Shown here: positions 54,001 through 64,000 of the stretch, in pieces
Position numbering within the stretch: position 1 is the stretch's first letter
How the letters are laid out: each line of letters starts with the position of its first letter
Assembly: GCA_051294375.1 (NCBI GenBank)
Contig: CM119270.1
Coordinates: 17,109,904-17,173,903, forward strand
Origin: Paraspadella gotoi
Taxonomy: Eukaryota; Animalia; Chaetognatha
Length of the DNA: 64,000 nt
Direction of reading: 5' to 3'
Program-made: the position numbers and the translations under genes
Notes under the pieces: model-generated
The model's input: the letters and a program-made list of their open reading frames with translations, nothing else
The model's database searches: none
Told to the model about the DNA's origin: nothing

Positions 54001-57000
54001 GTTCAAAGATAACAAAATATAAGATATTAAATTCCATTCATAATTATTTTACTGTAATAAGGTCTTGAGAATTCGATGGTGACGACCATTTTTTTGCATA
54101 ATTTCATCTTTCTTGTCGGAAATAACGATTTTTAATGTCTATCCTAATAAAATAGGGCAAACATTATAAGTTATGATAAATAAAATTATTAAAATTTCAT
54201 AAAATTTATATGAGCTTTTGAAATATAAAAATAAAAACCTATAAAAATATTTCGATAAATTTATTTCTTAATTTTATGTTTTATTAAAAGTTAGTTAGCT
54301 ATATTTATTAATAATTATGAATAAAAATTAAGCTAAAGCAAAAAAAAATTTTTACATTTTTATCCCGGATTCGCATTCCTTGCAAAAAGTTGATATAAGA
54401 AAATATAATTTTTATTAAAAAATTATGTCATTAAGTTGGTCAAAATTTAGAAAAACTATAATTTTAAGCCAAAAATAGTAAAATTAAACAAAAATCATAG
54501 TTTTTAACATTTTAAACCAACTTAATGAAAGAATTTGTTAACTTTTGGCAAAGAATTCAAATCCGGTTTTAAAATTTTAAAATATTTATTTTTTCACTTT
54601 AACCTATTTTTAAATACTAATTATTAATAAATATAGCTAACAAGCTGTTAATAAAATATAAAATTAGTAAATAAACTTACCGAAATATTTATATGGGTCT
54701 TTATTTTCATATTATATAAGCTAAATATGACTTTTATAAATATAATATTTTAATAATTTTAGTTTCTCATACTCTACAATGTTTGCGCCATTTTAATAGC
54801 ACCTTATATGCTTCAAAAATCGCCATGGGCGATCGAATTCTTCACACCTTATTACATTAAAACAATGAATGGAATTAAATATCTTATATTTTGTTATCTT
54901 TGAACGCTCTATTGTATAGTAACTGTTTTTTGATAATCATAGCTATAGCGTTGTTTCGTTTTGTTATGTTTGAGATTAGTAGAGAAACAATTTTTTTTTA
55001 AATACAACGGGTTTATTTTTATGAGAACATGTTTAAACTAATGATTTCCAGTGTTTATTTTTTTAACATTCTCCATTACCTTTCGATATCCGCTCCGTTT
55101 CCTCCGCTGCTTCACCGCTTGTTTCCGGGGAGACCGCGTCCTTTTCGGTCGAAACATTTTTCTCCGGTGAGGGCGCGGTGGAATCGGCACCGCCTTCGGC
55201 ACCGTTAGACGGCGTTCCGGCTCGCGATTCCGGCGACGAGTCCGAGGAAGATGGCGCCGCGTCAACTCCGAATCCGCTATCGCCGCTCGATTCGCTATCG
55301 GCGTTGTTGTCGCCGTCGAGCGCCGGCGACACCGCCGCAGCTGCCGCGGCCGCTTCTAAGAATTTGAGAGTCTCCGTGTCGACGGCGGCACCAATGTTAC
55401 GATTGTTGTCGGTGCCCGCCAACAACGCCGACGTCAGTTTCGAGTGCGTCGTCGTCGTGGTCGGACGAATCCGGGCGACTAGATCGTCCAGATCTCCAGT
55501 CGACGCCTTCAACTTCAACGCCCCCGACGCGGCGTCGATTCTCTTGAGGTGATGATGATGATTGTGATTCTCTTTCTTGACGTCGACCTTCAGCAGAATC
55601 TCTCGCAGATCCGTCGCGACGGCGTTCTTTTCGACGCCGTCGTTCCCGCCGATGCGCTTTTGCAGAAGGGCGGCGTCGACGTCGTCCGAGAAAGTCTCGT
55701 CCTTCTTCAGAGATTTCCCGGGGAAAGGTTTATCGTCGACGAGCGGACGATTCCGGACGCCGAAGAGGAAGGCGTCCTTGTCGTGATTTTGATCCGTCGT
55801 CAAATCAGCGACGACCGTCGACGTCTCCATCAAGAGTCTCGTCAACTCCTTTCGATTTTGCGTCGTGAATCCGTTTCCTCCTCGTAGCGTCTCCTCCAAC
55901 TTGGACGCCAACGACGCCGGTGTCGTTTCGGTAGTAGATAACGTCGTGGGCGCCGGTGTCTGCAGACTAACGATCTCTGGCGGGACTAGCGGAGCACCTC
56001 TGCTAACTTCTGGAGCCAAAGCCAACCCAACCGTGACCGTGTGAATCTTATTAGCGACGGAATTGGGCGATGAAGACGAGGACGCCAGCGATTTGACCGG
56101 CCCGACGCTGGCGGCGGCGTGGGTGGGTGACGACGGGTCCTGCGACTGAAAGTCGCTGAGAACGCCAACTGTGGCGTCGCGTGGATGTTCGTCGCGCGAG
56201 TTGGGGCTGACGTCGCCGCCACTCGTCACCGTGCTCACGCCGGAACTGCTGTCGGACAAGTGAGCCGAAGTCGATGACGGGCTCTCAGAGCCGGGAGGCG
56301 GCGGCGCGCATGACTGTCCGGGCGAACCGCGACAGGCTTCTTCGGACAAATCAGCGACGCCGCATTCAGTGGCGACGACGCCGCCGACCACTATGGTCTT
56401 AGTGCCACCAGCGGAGACGATGCTGGAAGAGGCAGGGTCCTCGTCCCTGGGAGAACTCCCAACTCCAGAATCTCGCGAGGAGACGGAACTCTCTCCCGCC
56501 GACTCCACCGCCGACGACTGCAGAGCGTCGTCTAGAAGAAGCGGCTTTCCGCCCAACGGCGAATGAAGGTCCGTCGACGGGGACGTTGAGGCGCTCGAGA
56601 CGACGCCGGGCGCTAAAGGCGGCGTCGAGACGGAAGTCTTTCCGACAAAGGCGTCGAGGATGCCGAGACCCGCGGCGCCTGTGGAGCAGGAGGCTTTGGA
56701 GACGGCGCCGACGAGCTCGTGGACGGAAGCCGACTCCGACTTAAGGGAAATCTCGTTTAGGGAGGAGGAGTTCGGCGAAATCGAAGAGACGACGACGTCG
56801 GAAAGTCTCGTCGACGGAAATCCTTTGGGGGCGGCGACATCGATCAGGGGTTTGGTCGTCGTCGTCGTCGTCGTCGAAGAAGAGATGGGGAACAGAGATT
56901 CCGCCTTTTTCTTCTCGTCTTCCGACGAAGTGACGCCGCCGACTGCGTCGAATAGCGAGGCGACGGTCGTCACAAAGCGTTGGCCGCCGCCACTGGCGCC

Positions 57001-59598
57001 GCCGCCGCCCTCGACGCTGGTTTTAAGAAGAGGAGAGACTTTCTGAAAACTGGGATTGCTTCGCTCCACGTCGTTTGTCTTTGATTCAATCTTGACTATG
57101 GAGTCCTCAGCGGGCGTCGATCGGGACGAAGCCGTCGATATAGCCGGCTTAGTGTCTTCGGACAAAGTAAATCTCGAGAGGTTCCGCTGGAACGATGACC
57201 CGGGAAGTTGAGAAGGTTGACCTAGTGGAAGGGGGGAATAGTTGGTGATGATGGCGCAACGATAACTTCCACGATTTTAGCTCCAAAAACAAAAATTTTA
57301 TTCATCTTTTCATCGGCAATTGTTTTCAAAGATTTTAACTAGTATAGCCTATAGGCTATGCGATATTTTAGCCATTGAAAAAAGCGAACAAAAAAAAAAA
57401 ATATTTTAAAATATAAATTTAGAAAATATAAATTTCAGAATTTTATTCTAAAAGACAATATTTAAATAGTGAACAAAATGTTCTCATTTTGTATTATTGT
57501 ATTTCTCGTTTTATATTATAAACATTATAATTTTATTATAAACAAACATTTGCAGATGCCAAGAGCTGTTATGTAAAAACATGGAACTGAATTTCTCACC
57601 TTTGACGAAATTATTCAAGACTGGTACGATCCCATTCTGCCCCATTTGATTCTTCAACAGTTTCATGTCTTCGACAGAGACTTTGACGTCGACGTGCTCC
57701 ATCCTGCCCGTCGACGGATTTATCAAATCCCTGCCATCCTGACCAGAAGTTCGCTTGACGGCGCCCGACAACGCGCCGCCGATTGAGGTAGGAGTCGGGG
57801 TTGCAGACTGTGGAGGCGTTGCAGCCGCCGGCGCTGACGACGAAGGCGCAGAAGCGGCGGAGACGGCGCTGGCGACGCTGTTTGGTGTGGAGGGCGTGGA
57901 GGGCGGCTGCGACTGACCGACGTTCGGCGACGAGGATGACCCCGTCAGCGAGGGTGAAAGGCTCGAGGCCGAAGAGTTAGACGCAGCCGAGCTCGGCCGA
58001 CTCGGGTAGTTGGCGCCGGGATTGGGCATCGGCGAGGGCTCGCGCGGAGGGCCGATCGAGAGAGCGGACATCGGCGGCGGATGCTGCGGTTGTTGCTGCA
58101 GCTGGGGTTGAAGATTCCCGTTGGGATTGAAGATGTTAACGTTTATTCCGGAGGCGCCGGGCGTCGCGGGTTCCTTGGCCTTACGTTTCTTGGGTTTCTT
58201 CTTAGGCGCCGGAGCGGCGGCTGCGTCGGAGAGCGTCGACGTGGCGTCTTTTAGTAGGGCGTGCTTGGAACCAGCGGCGGCCATGGAGGCAGCGGCGGCG
58301 CCGTGAGCGGCGGAAGAGGACGAGGTGGTGGAAAGGTCACTCTGGAGGAGATTGACGAGCAGCGGGCTGGAGAGAGTCACGTCGCGGGCCGACGACGCGG
58401 GGGAGGAAGAAGAAGAGGACGATGCTGAATTTGCATGCAAGGCAACGTTGTTGGGAAGAGGGTTGTTGTTGTTGTTGTTGTGGGGTCCCAGATTCGGACC
58501 GTTGGAACCGCCCGCCGAAGAGCCGACGCCCATGGGACCGTTCATACCCACGGGGCCGTTCGGTAAATTCATGGGGCCATTTGGACCTATGGGGCCGTTT
58601 GGACCTATGGGTCCATTAGGGCCAAAGGGTCCATTGACGCCGTGGCCCGGCATCATCGGGTTTTTGACGCCAGGATTAACGACGCCGCCAGATTGTAGCG
58701 CGAAGCTAGGTCGCGGTTGGTTGGCGCCGCCCATTGAAGCCGCGGCGCTAAAAGGGTTTGCCATGAAAATGGGTCCACCACCGGCACCGCCGTTGTGGTT
58801 CATGGGGCCGCCGACGCCGCTGGGCGCCATGGAGTTGGCCGAAGTCATTTCCATGGGATTGCTGGCGACGACGGTGCCGCCGTTGCGCGGGTGCATCATC
58901 ATCGGTGGCGGCGCGTGCGGCGCCATCGGTTTGCGCGGTCCCATGAAATGATGCGGCGCCGAGACGGGAAAAGGCGCCGACGTCGGGAGAGTTTTGACGC
59001 CGGCGGCGTCGAGGTCGGCGCGCGCAGAGAGACTAGGATTGACTTTGGAGTGGAACATGCTGTCGAGCAGGGTCGACGAACTTGACTGGATCGAAGGCAC
59101 GGAGTTCGGCGGGGGCGCCGCGGGGCGGAGCTGCTGCTGCTGCATCATCATCGGCGCGGAACAGGGAGCGGTATCCATCCTAACGGAAGACGGTCCCGAC
59201 AATTCCGCGTCGGAGAAACATCGGCCCGGGCCGATCGTCGGCGACGCCGCTTTGAACGAGGTTCTTTTGAAGGAGGACTCGTGCAGAGCGGCCGCGGCGC
59301 TGGATAGAGTGGCGCTCAGATGCCGACCGAGACTTCCGGGGCCGCATTCCCCGCCGCCGCCGATAGAGATGGAATGGGCGCCCATGTTGACGGTGACGAC
59401 GCCGAGATCTGCCAGGGTGACGTCGGAGCGCGACGCAAGGCCGCAAAGCGCCATCGCCGCCGATCGAGGCAGCGTCAATGTTATATCCGAAGGGAGGCGG
59501 TCGGAGGCGGATCGGCCAGATGGGCGGGTAGGGCGGGGGGCGGAAGTGAAAGATGCCGATGCCGTCGACGGGGCCGCGCCCGATGAAGACGACGACAT
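51036..59598 (-). CDS. NCOA6: Nuclear receptor coactivator 6 (ASC-2/RAP250) orthologue, ~2086 aa, 7 coding exons
   Basis: DVTLSSPLLVNLLQSD matches the NCOA6 LxxLL-1 box (DVTLTSPLLVNLLQSD). ITLTLPRSAAMALCGLASRSDVTLADLGVVTV aligns with the NCOA6 N-terminal domain (VTFNIPREAAERLRILAQSNNQQLRDLGILSV). Also KKKPKKRK and LINPSTG motifs. Exons 57600-59598, 55080-57221, 53463-53933, 52417-53161, 51871-52191, 51266-51789 and 51036-51094 are all GT-AG and phase-consistent, summing to 6261 nt. Confidence 0.88.
53995..54911. mobile_element. Foldback non-autonomous DNA transposon (hAT-type MITE), 917 bp, in an NCOA6 intron
   Basis: TIR tagagcgttcaaagataacaaaatataagatatt / aatatcttatattttgttatctttgaacgctcta. 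Exact 8-bp TSD ttgtatag at 53987-53994 and 54912-54919. Imperfect symmetry extends to the centre near 54450. Confidence 0.93.
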
Positions 59599-62500
59599 CG
59601 CTGCAGATTGTTTTTTTTTTCGTTCAAGGGGTAAGGGAATCAGGAGGGTAAGTGTGTTTTTTTTTGTTTCGTTTTTCCTTCTTTCTTTTAAGTAATTCTC
59701 TTATTTTTTTATTTATTTTCTATTCTAAATCACGTGATCCGAGCGACGGAGGGTCGTTGTCGTCCCCTCCACGCTCAAGTGGCGTCCTCCATCAGGAGCG
59801 GACGCATGACGACGACCGGAAGTCCGAGCCACGGGCGCGTCACTAGTTACGTCATCTCCCGTGAAGTGGCGCAGCGAACGGAATCGTCGTTGGAGCCTAA
59901 AGTCATTGTCGTTGGATCGTGGGAGCGTTGTTCCGCGAATGCTGATCATGGATCTGGATAAGAAAGAAGACGAGGCGTTTGAGGAAATAAATTTGGGAAA
60001 GAAATAAAAAAGTTTAAAGAATGAAAAAATGACAGAATGGGAAAATATGCACTTTTTTATGTAAGCAACTACTTTGAAGAAAAAAAATTTTAAAAATAAG
60101 ACTGTCACGATGCGTTAAATATCAAATAAGCCAGTATAACCTCAAAATAATAGGGAAAGTTTGGAACCGTCACATTTAATATTGAATTTCAAAATTCTTA
60201 AAATTCAAAAAGCTCAAATTTTTTATGGGTTGTTCCAATATCATAAACGAAACTCGGAGATTTTTAAAAACACGAACGAATTCTTCCCGGTATTCGGGCC
60301 CCCGCCCCCCCCCGTTTTTATGCTTTGCCTTAAATCGAATCGCGCGACTGACAATTCTACTTTGATACATATGAATCACAGAATTGGGTCGGAAATCTTG
60401 AAAATTTCAATTCGTATAGTTCATTACAGGGAATAAATATAAACAGAAACAACTCACACTATCTTATCACCGCATACATAAACGTTCGTAGAGACTACGC
60501 TTAAAGATAATAGGAATACGAAAAATCTGACAAATGTTTTAAATAATGATTAACTCGTTATATCTGCAATTCAGATTAACAATCGTATATCAAAAACATG
60601 GTTCGACTTCATTCCTAATCCCGATCTAGGATGCAGACACGTCTTCGGAGGAAACATACGAGTTATTCGAACGGGAGAAAGAAGAGCGGCGGCGGCGGCT
60701 CGTCCGAGGGAGAACTAGGCTCAAGCTCCGCAGCGGAAAAGGCGGAGACCGCTGCGGCGAAACTTTCCCCGTCGCTGCTGGCTGCGACTTCAAGTTTAGT
60801 TTACAAGACTGCAGTTGCAGCACGGAGCGTTAGGACGGAACTCGACATCAAAATAAACCGGTTTTATACTGGAAGCGAAAGAATAAATTAGGTAACGGTT
60901 TAACTAAAATAAATATAATGTTATTTTTACTTTTTATCGATCAAGAGTTTAGAAAAAAGAAATAAAAGGAGCTTAGGTTGCGTTAATAGATAGATATAAA
61001 AATTAACCAATTAAGATTATTTTAACTTTATTTCGACTAAAAGTTGAACAAATTAGAATTCTCATCATATAAAATTATAATTAGAAAATTGGTATAACCA
61101 ATTTATAAATTATCCATTCAATTTAACATTTTATCAGTTTAAGGTTTTTCAAGACTCACTGTTGAATCACAAGATGAAAATTAATATTTGATAAATTGAG
61201 GCGTTTACTAAACTTTACCGACTAACCATTCGGTAAATCCATAGGTTTTATCGATATGTTAATTATTTAAAAAAAAAGAATGTTTTGAATTGTTTTCAAA
61301 TTAAAAAAAAGTTAGTTTATAATCAATATCTCATTTGATGCCAAAAAAGTGTTTAATAAAATTATTATCAGCTATACTCAAAGATTTAAACCTTAAGACA
61401 GAAACCATACCCTAGTTGAAAAAGGTAAAGACAACAAAAATTTTACAACTAAAACACTATTTATAAACAGTTTAAAATGTTAAAAACAAACGTTTTATAC
61501 CTGACGAAAGAAAAAAGCTGTTTTAGTTTATATCTAATAGTTAGAAAAATATTTTTAACAGTTTTACAGGTAAATTCAAAGATTCTTAAATTGTATAACT
61601 GTATCGGAATCTGTGGGAACGAGCAGCAAAAAAAATTTATATATTTAAAAAAAAATTAGCAGCTCAACCGCAAAACCATAATTTAACATGTCTCAGACTT
61701 AATTCGTAAAACATTTAACATAATATAATTTTTTTAACTTAACAACTGATATGAGGTAAGCTCTGTTTAAAATTAATTATTTTGGTAAAAAGAAGTTTTA
61801 TATAAAATTTGTTTCACGATTAAAAATATTCTGATATAATATTTTAAATAGTTTAACATTTTCATTAATAAAAAATACTAATCCTTCAAATATATGCTTT
61901 CGGCACGAATTTACATGATTTAAAATAAAATAATTTACTTATAATTATTCTTGATATCAAACCTTTTGATACCGCCGTTAAAGTTATTTGAAGGTTACAA
62001 AGATGGTAAATCTTTAAATCGTTTGTATCAGAATTTTAAAACTGATAATTAAAAAAATAAGTAAGTGAAAACATGTTTAAGAAATTAGTAAAAAATATTT
62101 TTACATTTGCAAATAATTTATACCCTGAGTGTACATTTCTATAAAAATTAAAATGTAAGAAGCTGCATGAAACAAAACCAAAAGAGATATTTTAGAACCA
62201 AATGTTTAGAAAATGTTCACTAAAATATTTACAGAAGCAAATAGACTTTGTCAATCGGCATAAATGCAGTTGTGATATTTCATGAATAAAACAATTCGAT
62301 TAAGAAAAATTAAACATAAAAAAAAATATTGGTTAGAACAGTAACTTAACTGTACAATCCTGGTAACCAAAATGAAACAAATGTAATGAGTAAAATTGTC
62401 AAAGCAAATCTTATCTTAACCCTTTTTTATAACCCTTTTAACCCTTTTAACCCTTTAAATTGCCGCAAGGGTGAGATGTGACCGCGTCTGAATTTTTACC

Positions 62501-63640
62501 AGAATTACGAACCCCGACATGTTTTTATTGCCGAAAGCCATTCGACTCAACCGAGTATTGCCCAGAACTACTTAAACGCAGCGTCACTCGTCGATCCTCG
62601 TCAAAACGTTGTGTTCAAACCCGAAAACTCAATCCACGTGACCGTCTCGACGAAATATAGCGTCGTTGGGCGTTTTGCCTTCCCAGGGAACGTGAAGCTG
62701 ATTTTTCGGACGAAGTTTTATCGCGAAAAAACGAGTCCGCGTCGAAAACGAGAGAGACGGAGCGAAAGACGATGTCGTTAGGCGATGGGAGACGGCGTCA
62801 TAGCGGACGCTATCGAGGCGGGGGCGGCGTGGCGAGCAAAAACACGATCGTTGTTGGGTCTTGCTTCCCCAGTCAACTTCTCCCATCCCCTCCGCCATTT
62901 GTAAAATGGCCGTAGTTCCTCGGGTCGGCCGCGGGGCGGAGATGTCGCTCGCGGAGCAGAAGGAGAATTGAGAGGCAGGGGACGAACAAAAGGCAAGCGG
63001 GCAGAGCCGGACCGGGCCGGGCCGGACACTGGCCTCGTGAGAGCGTGGGCGGGGATACAAAATGTTAGGATTTAATTGTGACATGATTTTGACTAGCTCA
63101 TTATGCTTGTCTCTGTTTTTTTTTTAAATCAGACTTATCTTTATTATATAGAAAGTGTTAATTTGAATCGATTTTTTTCTAGGCTTTTTGAGGTTTCACT
63201 CGACTTGAGTTTGTGTTCAGAAAATACCGTACTTTCTTATTCATTCTTGTGGAAAACAATATCTATAAAACGTTTTTTACATTTATTTTCAATCAAGAAT
63301 TCACTGTTGAAACAAAACGAAGGCACAGAATTTCTTTCCAAAACAACTCCTGACCGGCAGATCCTCTCGGCTCAGTCGATTTGAATGCCAAATTTATTCG
63401 AGATAAGTTACAATATAATCCCCAAATTTCACGGCCTTTAACCACCTCGCACGACTAACGTGCGATCTCCCGCTTCGACCGTATCCCTGGGGTTTCGCGG
63501 TCGCCCCGTGGTTTAGTTCCCCCGGCTTCGATCCCCGTCGTGTCCACCGTTCGATCCCTAAACCGCGGGTGACTGGGAATTGGGTCCTCTTCGTATCCAC
63601 GATTGCCTTATTGGGAATTGTCTCTTATTTCGCCCTCCCA

Positions 63641-64000
63641 TTAAATTCCCACGGAGTCGACCGCCCCCACTTCCGGTTTGCTCTCGCCATTCGCTACCCA
63701 CGCGACGATCTTTCCTTCCCAACCCGGAACTAAGACGTCATCGTCCTCGCAGTCTTCGTCGTTGATTTCCAGTTTGACCGTCCCGAACTCGGGATCGAGA
63801 GATTTGAAGAAGAAGCGCGTTTTGTGCGTTTTTGTCGTCGTCGTCGTCGCTTCATAAGGTCCTTCTCCTGCCCAGCATTCGATGGGCAATATTCCTTTGA
63901 AATCCTTTAAGGTCACTTCCCCCACGGGTTTGGAAATCGTCGTCATGAATGGCGTGATCGTGGCGTCGGTAAAGTACAACACTTTCGTCACGGCGTCGCG
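63641..64000 (-). CDS. DIXDC1: Dixin/DIXDC1 (Ccd1) C-terminal DIX domain; the gene continues beyond the window
   Basis: [14 protein letters not shown]...EVTLKDFK...[17 protein letters not shown]...[11 protein letters not shown] matches the DIXDC1-type DIX. The DIX is C-terminal, unlike Dishevelled, and is followed by a stop at 63641. Confidence 0.92.
   Translation of the reverse strand, partial: RDAVTKVLYFTDATITPFMTTISKPVGEVTLKDFKGILPIECWAGEGPYEATTTTTKTHKTRFFFKSLDPEFGTVKLEINDEDCEDDDVLVPGWEGKIVAWVANGESKPEVGAVDSVGI

Noticed and set aside
55178-59695. Several long + strand ORFs (124-233 aa)
   Set aside because: They are antisense frames of GC-rich NCOA6 exons.
63641-63991. Dishevelled or Axin assignment
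   Set aside because: The DIX is C-terminal, which excludes Dvl, and the residues [21 protein letters not shown] and [11 protein letters not shown] are DIXDC1-type rather than Axin-type.

Overview
AT-rich metazoan (non-vertebrate) genomic DNA from a gappy, partly unpolished assembly. It has GC-rich exons, GT-AG introns, many microsatellites, and indels that break frames in places. Four genes can be built by hand. (1) A + strand type II membrane fibrinogen-domain (FReD, FIBCD1-like) gene at 433-4547, whose stalk is made of tandemly duplicated symmetric 63-nt coiled-coil exons. (2) A - strand low-complexity multi-exon gene at about 22.5-29 kb with no recognisable family. (3) A complete 7-exon, ~2086-aa NCOA6 orthologue at 51036-59598 (-), with the DVTLSSPLLVNLLQSD NR box. 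(4) The last exon of DIXDC1/Dixin at 63641-64000 (-). There is also an isolated calcium-binding EGF exon at 12071-12193. Repeats include a 917-bp foldback hAT-type element with an exact 8-bp TSD, DINE-1/Helentron-like elements, tRNA-derived SINE heads, and a 5'-truncated retroposon-like family. The 26.8-44.6 kb region has an A-B-rc(A)-rc(B) layout that is probably an assembly insertion of an inverted 9-kb copy. I found no prokaryotic-type system. The best candidate for new biology is the modular-stalk FReD receptor.
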